From the NCBI RefSeq assembly GCF_000485595.1, contig NW_014577062.1, forward strand, positions 1,161,950 through 1,225,949: 64,000 nt of DNA, written 5' to 3'. The DNA comes from Priapulus caudatus (taxonomy: Eukaryota). Below are positions 36,099-49,635 of this stretch, one piece after another. The translations under genes were made by a program, and so were the position numbers. How positions within the stretch are numbered: the first letter of the stretch is position 1; every line of letters starts with the position of its first letter. The notes beneath the pieces were generated by a model. That model saw only the letters and a list, made by a program, of their open reading frames with translations. It was not told the DNA's origin and did not search any database.

Positions 36099-36511
36099 AG
36101 GCCCGCTAATTATTGCACAAACCCTTTCTCAAATATATATTAAGTTTTCCGTATATCACATTAATTTTTTTTCTGCACATAATTATAACGATTTTCAGAA
36201 AATTGAGGATAGATTTACGAAGTTACCTGATGTTTACTGGTAAGCGCCATTTTGTTGGTCACGTACGTGACTCGTTTTATGTTAACTTGGCCCGGCGTCA
36301 AGCTTGCTCTGTTTGTGCTAAAGAACTGCTTGTGCTAGTACAAATACTGGGGCCGCGAACCTAGCTGTCTACGTTTCCTGCGAGAACGCTACGATCTGAT
36401 CGGCGATGTATAGTGTGAAGGCACTTCAAGTCGACGTGAGTGTTGCTACGCTGCTAATAGGCGATAAAGTAGTCGTCGATAGTCAAATCGTAGGGCGACC
36501 TGAGCGAGCCT
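36099..36511 (-). mobile_element. Internally deleted inverted copy of the 34964 element, TTA TSD
   Basis: Reverse complement of 34964-35244 plus 35686-35794. TTA|AGGCCCGCT..GCGAGCCT|TTA. Confidence 0.8.
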
Positions 36512-37198
36512 TTAAGGGAGTATAGTTAAAATATACTTTCGAGTGTAATATTGGTCGCTACACTTGTCATTAGAGAAGTAATTGGAAAAACACGATATAC
36601 CAAATATCATTTATCTCAATAAAATTTTCCGTTTAAAATTCGAGTGCCAGTGTATGTGACACTAATATTCACCTGAGCATTCAATGCATGGTATGTGGGG
36701 GCAAGGTCGGTCTCTCTAGAGGTGCCCGAGAATGGCTCATGCGAAGGCTTGGTTCAGTGAAAGTGTTGGCGGCAACCTTGATCTATGGCCGTGCCGTCTG
36801 TGCCCTTAGACACTGTCATCTTTGTGTGAAGTTATCGTGGGGCAATTGGTTTTGTGTGCCCTGCAACGTAGACGCGCCCAGGGTCAGTCGCTGCAATGTT
36901 TAAGTTAGTTTTTATGTCGGGGTGCGTGTGGTTAGGGGGCACACACAGACTAGCATCGCGGCCACAAGGCCGAAGGCGTGCGTGCAGATGGGAGTGTGCG
37001 GATTTTCCGTCCGTGTGTTGAGGGTATGGCATTGGATGTGCATTGTCAGTCTAGCCGCCATTCAAGACTGCGAAGACGTGAGCAGATCACGTCCAGCCCT
37101 GACACATTTATTTTGGGTCTTTGTGCGGCCACACAGCCGCCAGCCAGCAGCGTAAGCCCGAGGAGCCCGTAGTAGCCAATAGCGACCGCCTCATTTAG

Positions 37199-37600
37199 AT
37201 AGACTGGCACTAGCGTCACGCGTGTTCTGTAGAACATACTCGCACAAGACGATATCGTCCGTCTAGCAGAGGTGTCCTTTGTGGGGGTGGTTCAGCCGCG
37301 CATCTGTGAATTGTGAATGGGCCCGGTCCCTTACTGATGCACTAGCGTCACGCGTGTTCTGTAGCACATACTCGCACAAGACGATATCGTCCGTCTAGCA
37401 GAGGTGTCCTTTGTGGGGGTGGTTCAGCCGCGCATCTGTGAATTGTGAATGGGCCCGGTCCCATAGACTGGCACTAGCGTCACGCGTGTTCTGTAGCACA
37501 TACTCGCACAAGACGATATCGTCCGTCTAGCAGAGGTGTCCTTTGTGGGGGTGGTTCAGCCGCGCATCTGTGAATTGTGAATGGGCCCGGTCCCTTACTG
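37199..37600. repeat. 132-bp tandem repeat, 3 near-identical copies
   Basis: The core gcactagcgtcacgcgtgttc...gggcccggtccc starts at 37207, 37339 and 37471. Confidence 0.95.
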
Positions 37601-38538
37601 CGATTATTGATTGATTATGGTGTGTCATAGCTATTGTGGCGTGGGGCAAGTTATATTCGCTGGTGCACGCCGGTGACTGTCATTCGTACGCTAGGCACCG
37701 GCAGGCGGTTATCTACCAACGGCATCCTCCTTTTCGACGGCACTGCTGCCCACTGTCAGGTTCACACACGGATCTTACACCGGTGTCTCATATAAGCAAG
37801 TTGCCACATCGCATTGACACAGTCGTATAATTCTCCTAGTCTCTCAGCGGATGGTTCACTCGTTGTCTCTACATATCGTACGGTACCGGTGCTGTGGTAG
37901 GAAGAGGACAAGAGCGGCAAGCGTTTGTTGGTGCTAGAACAGCCATTCTGTGATTTTCGTTGCCAACGTTTAGACCATATTGCAAACGTAAGTTGAATTT
38001 AGGCGTGTTTGGTGAGGTGTGTAAGTAAATATATGGGCTTGTATACTAGGATGAGAAAATGTTATGACAGCCCTTATATAATCGTAGCGTGTATGTTTCT
38101 AGATCAACAATGACCAGAGGCTTTTGTATGCAGGTGTTAAGAGTGGTAAACGTGTTAGCGTTTATATGACAGTGTAACAGAATAAGAATGCTCATGTAAT
38201 GTCATAATATGATTAGCTAAATCGTTAACGTTAAAGTTATTTTCTGAAGTGAAACCATCCAGATCTGACGAATACTGAAACTTAGAATATTAGATACAAC
38301 ATGTTGTAATATAAGTAGTTAACAGTAAACGGGAACGCAATATAGTAGAGTTTATAAAAAAACAGCAGTGAAACATGTATAAGAGGGGTCATTCAAAGAA
38401 ACATCATAAAGTTTACTTTATACTTTATAGACAGGTGTTCGGTTTATAAAGGTATCCTCTGAGTCTAACAACGTTGACTGTAGTTTATTTGTTGATCCGA
38501 GTGATATCTTGCCAGCATTGAGAGAAATCACACAGAGC

Positions 38539-38569
<31 letters not shown>

Positions 38570-39736
38570 CTTGCAGCAGTGCAGTGATGAACATGCAGTT
38601 GTATGGTTTGCGACGATGACGTTTATATGTTGTTTTGCCATATGTGGTCGCAAAGATAATCATGAACTGTTATCGTATCTGTAGCTTCCTGTCACGAGCA
38701 TTGCACATGTACGTGTGCAATGGTCGACTGCTGGTTATTACGGGCGTGTGAAGTGTCCAGGCGGCCCAGGGACCCTCTACAGTGTCGCATTGTGAACGCT
38801 CTTCCCACAGAGTTGAGATAGTGTAAAACGTTGGACTAAACTTGCTGTTGTAACAGAATACAGTAATATCGAAAGCATATATATATATAGCTTGGATGCC
38901 AGTTGATATCAGTCATACGTGTTATGTGCACACTTTCTCTGTATGGTGCGATGATATTTACTTTCACGTCAAAATACTCAGCCCATGCATAATGCACGCA
39001 GCAAAGTGTGTGCCCCACTGGCAATTTACATTTTACTGGTTGCCCTGCAGTTCAGGGTCACCCCAACGGGTCTGGCTCGGTCTGACCATGGGTCAAATCT
39101 ATTACAAGCGTTTGGCCCGCAGTTCAGGGTTAAACGTTGACATGTCTGACATGGGCTGGTCTGCAGTTCAGGGTTACTCCTACTGGTCTGGCTCGAACTG
39201 GTCATGAGACGTTTATCTAACCGTTGGTCACATCTCTTACAACTCTTTGCCCTATGGTCAGGGCTGGTGGGGTGAGTGAGATCTGGGATGACACTGTAAA
39301 GGTCCTAGATCCTGCTTAGGCCAGACCGAGTGTCTGCGATCACTCTTTGTTTCTCCCCTCAAGTATAATTTAGTAGTAGCAATTCACTGGGGCCAGCTGG
39401 CATTATCAGCTGCGCGCTTTGTCTGCGCGTTCCGCGTGTTGCTACCATTATCTAAATCTGGCCAAAGGCCGGGGCAACACGTGCCATGCCACTGACCACA
39501 TGGGTCTACACCCCACATGTACGGGATCCATACTGATTAGCGTGGGTATATATATAATGCACTCATTTGTGCGGCTATTAATGCTCGGGTTGTCGCGTGC
39601 GCGTGTAACACTGGGAGCTGCTGCTGCTGCTACGGCTGCTGCTGCTGCGGCTGCTGCTACTGTACTCCCCGCCTGCCGTGCTGTACATACGTAGCCGATG
39701 ATGACGATACGTCTGCATCATGTACACACGCAGACA

Positions 39737-39768
<32 letters not shown>

Positions 39769-42345
39769 CACTATGGCGGCGAATTACGCTGCGGCTGTTG
39801 TGCGGCATTGATGCCAGCCACACCAAAGGATGATATTGGAATATCAGAAAAAAGTAACAAGCCAATAAAACAATGTTTGTGTGAGGCTCTTCAAAAAAGG
39901 CAATAGGGTGCTTTGAATTTGGGGATAATTAGTGCTCGTACTGTAGACTGCTTTACGACGAAAAACGTAGCGTTAAGTACTACTTTCGCAAAATAATCTC
40001 ATTACGCTAGTAATTTCCTCGTGTTTATATATAATAGGACATAAAATGAGGTGCCTGTTTACAAATGCGTACAGGGCACCGCGCGTGCAGTCCTGCGTAC
40101 CTGTAGATTATATTGACGTGTACAGACATTGGCAAAGTCTTCTGTGCTGAATTGCGTGCTTAATGTGTAGTGGTGTTTGTAGCTCCGTGTGTGTTAGGGC
40201 TTACTCAGCAATAGCCATACTCACTCCGATATGGTTTGTAATTCTGTACTCGACTATTAATATTATTCGTTAACGTTTGGGTTAATCTTTGATATAACTA
40301 GTGCAAACTGCACTGAATAATGCTGACGTCAGGCAAAACAGCTGATTGAGTGATGACCGTGTATGTACAGTAGTGTGGTACTGACCGCGCCTCGAACGTT
40401 TCAGACAGTGGTTTGTTACACGAGGCGCGTCACACACGCGGGCAGTAAGCCCCGCAGGTGTGCAGTGTTTTATAACATTGATGCATGCTGGAGCCACCAT
40501 CCAAATATCCACTATCCAGCAAGAACTCGAATAAATTTGACGAGGTTTTCATCTGTCGTGATCATTAAATTAGAGAAGGTGTTTACGTATTTTATGCATT
40601 CTCGGAAACTGTCGGTACCGTTAGGCCATACTTGTATAATTCTCTCTTACTTCGGAAAGTGGGTGGAATGTGGTATAAAGCTAAATTACTAGGTGTTTGC
40701 TTCATCACCAGTCGAGTGAGTGAGTGTTGTTTAGCACACATCCGTCTCATTTCCAAAAGCATTGTCAAGCTGCGCATCACACACCTTCCAGTGCGTGTCA
40801 CTAGTCACAGCCACATTAAGACATTGTCAGCTTGGAATGAGAACAACGCAGACTCAGAAATGTCGGCGAGACAAAAATGCAGCAATTTATAGCATCCGTG
40901 TCGACATACAGCCAGAGGCTATTTTCCTTCTCCACAGAAAATTCACTTTTAGACCTAAATGCTTTCGAGAAAGTCCTAGACATTGCAACATGACGAGTTG
41001 TACAAGCGGTTACGATACATAAGGAAAGAAGCATGCGCCGTTAATTGTCTGTGTGATAGTTGTGGTCAGCATGTAGGTCCGTTTACTAATATTTACTTAC
41101 AGGTGCATGCATTAGTAAGCACTGCATGGATCAGTTCGTGTTTGCAAAGGTCGCATACGTCATTGTTAAATGCACCATTTTTAGTTGTACCATAAAGTAA
41201 CTATTGCGAGAGTTTTCCAGTGTTTTCACCACTTTCATGACACCAACCGTTATTGCTTGAGTAACAGCAATTGTCTAGAGTAACAATAAAATGTCTTAGA
41301 ACCTTCGTATTCTCCGAAAACTGCCAACTATACTGCTGTTTCGAACTAATCGCTTTTGTAAACATTCGTTTTCTGTCATCTTGAACTAACAAGAAGTATG
41401 GATTAGCTTGTGGCGCCACCGCTTATCTGCCATAGACATAGTACAGACATGCACTTGTTTTCAATTCATCACCGACACAAATATACAAGTTTACCAATTC
41501 TGCCATTAGGCATTATCGGCATACGATAAAATATATTGATGTTACGATGTGGTCAAATCCATTTTTCTATGCTATAACTGCATAAAATCGTAGTATTTTT
41601 AATGTTGGTGTAATCAGTGATATTTCCGCTGTCAGGTGAGACTGTATTCAGCTTTATTGAGTTTTTCTGAGCAAAAAATCTCGCAATAACCGTTTAAACA
41701 TCAGATAACGAGTGGAATGTGCCAACAAGCTGTGCAACTAGGTGTTTGACATGGCGTGGGAAGCATTCAAGAGCATCACAGCTAGCTTGATCATGACTAT
41801 GATGACTTTCCATCATGCTGCCACTCAGTCCAACGTTCTCTAACCAGCCGCAGCCCATCCGTAACTCTGGCTATTGTTTACTGAATGTGTAGATCTATTT
41901 TTACCGTCTGCGCATTGTATTGGCGCGTGCTCCACAAAACGTTAGAAGACAGGAATGCACAATGAGCTTCATATATCATACCCGCGCAAACCCTCCCACG
42001 GCAATCCACCCATCCGCACGGTGTAGCTACATAGGCTGGTGAGACTGGTGACACCCTGACATGATTGGCAAACTGCTCCCGCACAGGCTTCGTCCTTGTA
42101 ACCTGAATTTGCTGTGATTGTCAGTGTGTGCGTCTCGGCCAGATTGTAGTGCGGTTTGCGGCGAATAAAAACTGGGGCAGTTCTGCTTTCTGCGTGTCCG
42201 CTGCATTTCTTTCGACGTTTGACTCCTTAAACATAGCTGTCCCGTGCCCGAGGGAAGTACTAAATATATCTTTCGTACTGAAAATTGGAACAGGTGTATG
42301 CAACACTTCAAATTCAGTCCTCGACAAAGACTTTCCAAAGACTCG

Positions 42346-42680
42346 CAGGGTGCGAAATTAACGGAGTCAAATACTCCCTGACGGACTCCCTGATTTGACA
42401 TATATATATATGCAGGAGTCCGTGTGACTCCCTGAAAATTCTGCCATACTAACTATAGTTTGTTCCGAAGCACGGCCTCGCGGAATTACTGTATTTTTTC
42501 AGCTAATGTCCAAAGAAAATTTGGCAGACGTGCAACTGCATGAATCTTAAAAATTAGCACATGCATGCGTTATTGTTAATATCTTTAATTTTGAACCTCA
42601 GACTGCGGACTCTCTCATTTTGCTGTGGACTCCCTCTTTTTGAGGGTAGTCCCTTGTTCAAAAGTAAATTTCTACCCCTG
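42346..42680. mobile_element. CAGGG MITE, 6-bp TSD GACTCG
   Basis: CAGGGTGCGAAATT..AATTTCTACCCCTG, homologous to 31687-32243. Confidence 0.85.
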
Positions 42681-45600
42681 GACTCGTAAACTTACACCGC
42701 ACGCTAGAGGAATCACTCACTGGTCGATAGTCCACCTGTTGTATAGGTTATCGCGTGATTAGGATAGGCGATATCGTCGTACCGATATTGTGCGTGCACG
42801 CACGCGCGTGTATTTGATTCTCAGCCCGCCTATCTATCTCAGGTATTAAAGTGGAGTAAAAAAAAGCTGGTTGAGAAATATATTTTGTTTTATGTTATAC
42901 AAAAGGTGTTTGCGGCAGACAGGTTTGCCTGATATTGATTTTACAGCCCGCGACGTTACTGTTTGAGTAGACTGGCTAGTACACATTGTACGGCTGTGCA
43001 CGGGGAAGCAACGAGAGTTGATGTGCCCTCGGCAGTGAAAGTGTATCTACGTACATATATCAATGTTTACGTTTGGTGTCCGGCTACTTTCTTGGTCGTA
43101 GATAATAATGTAAGTTCGATGTCCTCTCCTATCTGCCTAGCATTCTCTACATCTTATTTTGATGTAACGCCGCGGTAGTTGCTCGGACAGATAGCAGCAA
43201 GTGACGCATTTCCATTTCGTTTCTATCCACTGTAAATACATGGCTCGAGCAGTGCACACGTGCACCGGGAGTCTGAGACTGTGCAGTAGTAGCAATTAGC
43301 TATGAGCCTTACAACAGTCACCTTTCTGTGCCCAAGTAATCAATAACATAATGAAAGGCTCCGTAAAGACTTATTTATAATTAACATATCTGTCGGCTAT
43401 ATATATATATAGTAAGTCTACTTACTTACATACACTTGGGAAGCCCACCTAGCGTTAACCGTGTTATGCGTCCTTCATTCCATCAGCGGGCGGCTAAACG
43501 CGGGATATGTAACTTGTGTATAACTAACTGTTGACAACTCTACGCGAAGCTTTGGTTGTGGCGCACGTCGTATGCGAACCTCAGGATCCATTAATCAATT
43601 TCATATACAGGCTGCGGCTACAGATTGACCGTACTTTTAACATAGCTTGGCGTGAAACCAATTGAATGTCTAGTCTGGATTTATTGCAAGGTCGCAAGTC
43701 CTTGTCTGGATTTATTGTTTGCCCGATCAAATATGGTGCAGGCAGTTGTGGCAAATTCAGAAATCAGCATGAGCAGTACCATAGGCTTGCTTGTGATCTT
43801 GGAACCTATTTTGGCAAAGCGTGCTTACTATGTTACTCATGCGAACCACATTTATAGTATATCTGCAGCGGCTGCCTGCGGCTATTTGAAAAGCAGGGTT
43901 TTCATTATCTTTTATAATTTATAATGGGAAAAAAAAATGGGGGTAAATTTTTTTTTTAAATATTATACTTCAGCCAATTGTAACCGTCCGAAACAGCAGA
44001 GTAGACGGTCAATTCGGCCGGTGGCCGGTTCCTAATGAGAACACTGGAAAAGTAATGCTCGAGACAATGGACTGTTTGGTTATAATATAGAGCAGTGAAA
44101 TGGCTTTAATTTCAGTTCAGGACTGGTTTCTAGTAAGACATGGCGACAAAGACGTCGGTAAGATACGACGTAAACACTGTTTACATGGTAAGACATGACA
44201 GAAGTAATATCTTTAAATATAACATGACAAAGACAGCATTGTATGACAAGACACGTGCAGCGTAGATGTAATTGAATTTGGTGAATCACATTCATTATTG
44301 GGATAGTAAGGCCTGACATATATATAAACCTAACGTAATTGTACTTCCTTTATATCGTAAAACACGATCACATGGTGAGCCATCATCCATGACATATAGG
44401 TAATCATTGTGTACATTATGAAAATATGGAAATACGTTATAAGAGACGCACTCGGGTGCGTGTTCTCAGGTCAAGCAACACCGTACGCGTATATATCGGG
44501 TGTGCATGTGTGCTGTGCGTACAGTCGTGTGCCCAGGGGGCGGATGTACACACCTGTTATGCGCCATTGATTATATGTGTTTGAGTCATACTACGCACCG
44601 TACAGTTGGCTAAAACATTGCTCCTTTGTGCAGCTGATATAATATTCATACGAGGACATGTGGCTTTTCTCCATTATGGAGGTTTGCCTGTTTTAATCCC
44701 CCTAGCTGAGAGCGCTTTAGCACGGCAGCGGGTATTAAGATGTGTCTGATACCCGTCAATCTACCAAGGGGGTTCGTCAGAAAGTCCCTGTGCCTATGTA
44801 GTGACTGAAGGGTATCGCGATCCACGATAAAAACGGGATAGTGGAACCTGACCGTACGAAATGTGTAACAGGCATTTGGCTTGCTGTGATTGTCTCTCAC
44901 CTATTATTACATCGGCGGTCACTATATATCCACAGCCTCCTCGACGTGTACGTCACTCTGCTGCATACTCCCCCTATCTGAAGCGTTCGAATTTTAGTGG
45001 ACAAGTATTCAATACTTATTATGATAATTTAAATACATGTAAAAGATTACCTCGATTTGTCTGATGTCCGCGTAAAAAATGTCACGAAACGTCAAAGTTT
45101 ATTATTTTATTCAGTTGTGTTCTAGATCCTGGCAGTATTTATTGACACATTGCTCGCATTTTCTCGGGTACTATGTTCAGCATTGGGGTGGGGGCAGTCA
45201 CTACATCCGTTCGAACTACAAACTAACTAGTTCTACTTGCACTTTTCCATTTTTGCCTAAAAGGCACCCCGAGAAACCAGAATAACTAGTTGGTCTCCTT
45301 GACCCTATTAGAAAAACCATCGTCGCGAAATAGTGGTGCTATTATTTTCTGCGCGCTTAGTGTATACTCGCAGTACGGAGGGCGGGGATGAGTTTTGTGG
45401 GTGAGGGGAGGCGTTCGCACAGGTAAGGTGAGCAAACTCTAGCGCTCAAACAAAGCTTGTATCGCGCAGCTGTACCTTTACTAGTTCACTCGGCATGACA
45501 ATCCTAACACAGAGTTGTGGATGAGTAATTAATCTGAGTACAATGTTGAACACCTACGCACTAGTTACCCTGTTTTGACGGTAAAACGCAGCTGTGTGTA

Positions 45601-46255
45601 TGGATGGGTGTGCGTGTGTGCTACGTCGCTGATGCAATATCGATATATCAACTGAAACGTTGCCGAGTAAGGATAATAATAGCCTATCTAGCTAACAAAC
45701 TATATCTCCTATCGTGGGGGCCTACCGAGTGTGCACTGTTTCTTTTCAGTTGCTATAGCTATCTGCGCAGTGACCCAGGGTGGTATCTGCCTACAACGTC
45801 CAGCATATATATGTGCTCAGTCTTTGTCTGGCCTCCGGTCTCTGTTACTTGGCTAGTGCCACACGTCAGCTGTATCATCACATTATTGATCAGACTTCCA
45901 GCATGAGCGCAATTCGCGCTTAGGTAACAGAACCGCTGGTACACAGTGAGTGGCGCAGGCATTATGGGCACAAAGAAAGCCGAGAATTACTGCCAGATAT
46001 ATAGTTCGCTGACCTAGCAGGGCTGTAGTGAGGAGAGAAGGGAGTGGTATCAGTGTACATATAGCGAATTGAATTGTAGTAAATTTTTACTGTAGTGGTA
46101 TGTTTTTAATTGTAGTAAATTTAAACACAGTGGTAAGTGAGAGCAACGTGATAGTTGTTATGTTTCCAGAGAAGAGTTGATTGTTAGAATGTCCCTTGTG
46201 GGCTTGTGTGTTTTATATTGCCGACTACTTTACATTACACTCATACATGTATGCA

Positions 46256-46432
46256 CACACAGGAACAGGCACAGGCACAGACACAGGCACAGACACAGGC
46301 ACAGGCACAGGCACAGACACAGACACAGACACAGACACAGACACAGACACAGACACAGACACAGACACAGACACATACACAGGAACAGGAACAGGCACAG
46401 CTAGGCACAGGCACATGCACAGGCACAGGCAC
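46256..46432. repeat. (CACAGR)n hexamer repeat
   Basis: Seen directly. Confidence 0.92.
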
Positions 46433-47410
46433 GCACTCGCACACACCTCGGCCAGCAATTGCTGGATTTTGATAGGTCTAAAACTCTAAATGTTCGCAGC
46501 GCTGTTCTTGTTGCTTGTAAACAGTACTGTGGCATTCATTCTGCAGATTGCTTGTAGCTGCACTGACAACTAAGCTGCCGCCTACAGCATCAGCTGAAGC
46601 TGAAGCTGACTGCTGCACACGCCAAGAATTTCAATTGGGTTGCCATGCACTCCTGCGGCATAAGTTCAAGGCGAGCCGTTCTTGCCTGCGTGATGCGTAG
46701 ATAAATCAATGTCGTAAACGTGCACTCGTGTGCACCTGGCGCTTCGTGCCATAACTCTGTACATGTTGGAGTGGATACGTGATTGTAGCACGCGTTGCCA
46801 TAATATGCAGGCACATGAAATCATGTCACGGTTTGTTTCCTAGCTCCGTAGAGCCCTTGCGTCGCTTGGGAAAAGCAGATCTGGTGACCTGGTCATTAGT
46901 GACAAGGGAGTGATTGTGTGTGAAAGATGGGCTGCGAGCAGCGCAGTCAACTCGTTAACGTTGATCTCTTGTTAATCGTCAATAACTGATGATGTTGTAG
47001 CGTTTGTGTGTTTTATGGTGCGTCATTCATGAACAGCAAGCATCACATCATCACTATATATCATAGCCTGAGTACAGAAAGGCAGCACAGTTACGCCAGA
47101 CCTTCATAAACCATTGCAGTGCCCCTAGTCTAGTACATCGATACTCCCTACCCCTCTACCTATCCTTGCACAAACACCACTGTACTGTTGACGGGTAGAC
47201 GGACATTTGTGAATTTGCATCATTTGCTCTACTCTTACAATGAGCATCTTCTACATTCTTATTCATTCCCTTGCAGATGCCAGTGGCAAGCAAAGCGAGC
47301 GCGTGAAGGAGAAGCCAGTAGTGTGAGGTGGCTGCAGACGATCGACAAAGCTGGAGTGCCTGCGGCAACGAGCACCGCATTCCTCATCCCGGCATCCGCA
47401 GCTGCCCTCC

Positions 47411-48116
47411 ATGACGATGGGTCAGAAGGTATCCGGAGGCATCAAGACCATCACGCGGGACTCGGCGTCGGCTGGGCGCATGCTCAGCAAGGACCTCGCG
47501 ATGATCCAGGACTTTGTGAAGCCGCCGCGGCTCGACATGCTCCTCGACATGCCGGTCGCCGCGCACGAGACGCAGGTGGCGCACTCGTGGAACAACGACG
47601 ACCGCTCGCTGAACATCTTCGTGAAGGACGACGACAAGCTGACGTTCCACCGGCACCCGGTCGCGCAGAGCACCGACTGCATACGTGGCAAGGTCGGCTT
47701 CACGCAGGGCCTGCACGTCTGGGAGATCCACTGGTCGACGAGGCAGCGCGGCACGCACGCTGTGATAGGCGTCGCCACCAAGGACGCGCCGCTGCATTCC
47801 GTCGGCTACCAGTCGCTGGTTGGCACCACGCAGGACTCGTGGGGCTGGGACCTCGGTCGCAACAAACTCTACCACGACATGAAGAACTGCCCCGGCCAGG
47901 TGTACCCGCGGCTACTCAACCCGGACGAGAACTTTGTCGTGCCGGACAAGGCGACCATCGTGCTCGACATGGATGAGGGCACGCTGTCGTTCATAGTCGA
48001 CGGCCAGTACTTGGGAGTAGCATTCCGCGGGCTCAAGGGCAAGAAGCTCTACCCCATAGTCAGCGCCGTGTGGGGTCACTGTGAAATCACGATGCGATAC
48101 ATCGGCGGCCTTGATC
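47411..48116 (+). CDS. gus: gustavus/SPSB SPRY (B30.2) exon
   Basis: Long ORF ending at donor C|GTAAGT. Upstream acceptor TTGCAG at 47271-47276. The second ATG (47417) matches the vertebrate SPSB1 start MGQKV. Confidence 0.95.
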
Positions 48117-49635
48117 GTAAGTATCGCGTTTAGCGGTCGCGTGTCAGCACCTCGTAATCTGCTCTATTTTTAAAAGAACACTCGGCATTTGGATAAAAAT
48201 TATAGCATCGTGCAGATTAAAGTGCTACTAGGTACAAGCCTATCCCTAAAACGCTGCCTGACCACGAGTTTAGATTTTGAGTGAACATTAGATGTAGTAT
48301 AATACATGCTGTTAAACTTGCTACAACCTAATAAACATTAAAGTTAAATTTTTACAAACTAATAAAAGTTGGTATTAATAAAGGTAATAGGTTAGCAGCA
48401 GTGTACTATATCTTCATATATATATATATGTCTCTTGTGATTGGTTATGTTGTCATCATATTGTAGCACGAGTATTCGATCACGTGCCTTGCTTCATTTG
48501 CGTCACGTTTCATGCTATTAAAGTTGCAACGAATCTTAAATGAAAGCATACGTTCTACGTTCTCGCTCATCCATTCACAAAAAAGAATAAGAATCTTGAG
48601 CCACCAATAGTTTTTGTGTTTATTACTACTCTGCCGGGAGAAAGTTATTTGTTTGGAAGTTGTATTTTTTGGTGACTGACAAATGTGAGGATATGAATAG
48701 AGAAATGCTTATCACTAAATTATTCACAACTGTCTATAGCAAAATGCATTTATACTCTCATATTCAAGATTATCATAGCAATAAGCCATATCGGAAAGTC
48801 CCTGCTGCTATATTGAGATCAAATAAGAGGGGGTATAAGTTGCCTATATATAGGATAAGACTAGTCTAGGGGTTTGATCTATAATTCTCTTCACTAACAT
48901 CGTACTCCAATTCACATGTGCATTTCTGTTTACAGAAACATTTACAAATATGATTGTAGTCATTTGGGATATTTTGCAATGTTTGTGTTAATGCAAAAAC
49001 TAAAAATGCACGAGTGTTTACATTAATCATGTAGTTTCCTAAGTGTGTCTCGGCCATTTTGTACCCCCTTTTTCTATGACCTAAATAGCACAGCTGGACT
49101 TTCCGATATCACTTAAATATACACTTGCTGTCTATCAGCATATGTTTCTCGGTTGGTTAGACCTGTGTAGCATTTAAATAAATTGTCAGAGGCTAGTGAA
49201 TATAAAATAACACGCATCACTCTTTTTTTGCGAGATTATTGATTACATTTTTCAGTAATGCCTTTTAGTTTGTCTCACTGTGTGTGACGTACCCATCAGA
49301 ATGTGAGATTAAATTATTGGTATTTTACAATACTGACCCAGCTGTGCAGCTTACTGTCTACACATCGAGTTAGTTGGCTGATAGATAGGTCTTTCATCGA
49401 CTAACTGGAAATGAAATTGCAATTGTAAATGCTGTCTAGTTGTGTGCAGTTTGCATCGCGTTGTATTATTTAACATGACACTTACGTGTGCCTGTCCTTT
49501 GCAGCTGAGCCACTGCCGCTGATGGACATCTGTCGAAGGGTCATACGCAAACAGCTGGGCAAAGACCGATTGGCTGACATACAGAATTTGGAGCTTCCCA
49601 ACTCGCTGAAGAACTATCTGCTTTATCAACAGTGA
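47411..49635 (+). CDS. gus: SPRY domain-containing SOCS box protein (gustavus / SPSB1-4 like), ~278 aa, gene span
   Basis: join(47411..48116,49505..49635). Motifs [64 protein letters not shown] and a C-terminal SOCS box. Confidence 0.95.
49505..49635 (+). CDS. gus: gustavus/SPSB SOCS-box exon ([19 protein letters not shown]...[13 protein letters not shown])
   Basis: Acceptor TTTGCAG, phase 1, BC-box LxxxCR and LPxxLxxYL cullin-box-like motif, TGA. Confidence 0.94.

Noticed and set aside
37199..37600. Repeat-spacer-like array (CRISPR?)
   Set aside because: Eukaryotic context, 124-bp repeats, only 8-bp recurring linkers, no cas genes.
47188..47976. Long alternate-frame and antisense ORFs over gus (262, 163, 119 aa)
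   Set aside because: Shadows of GC3-rich coding sequence with no recognisable domain.
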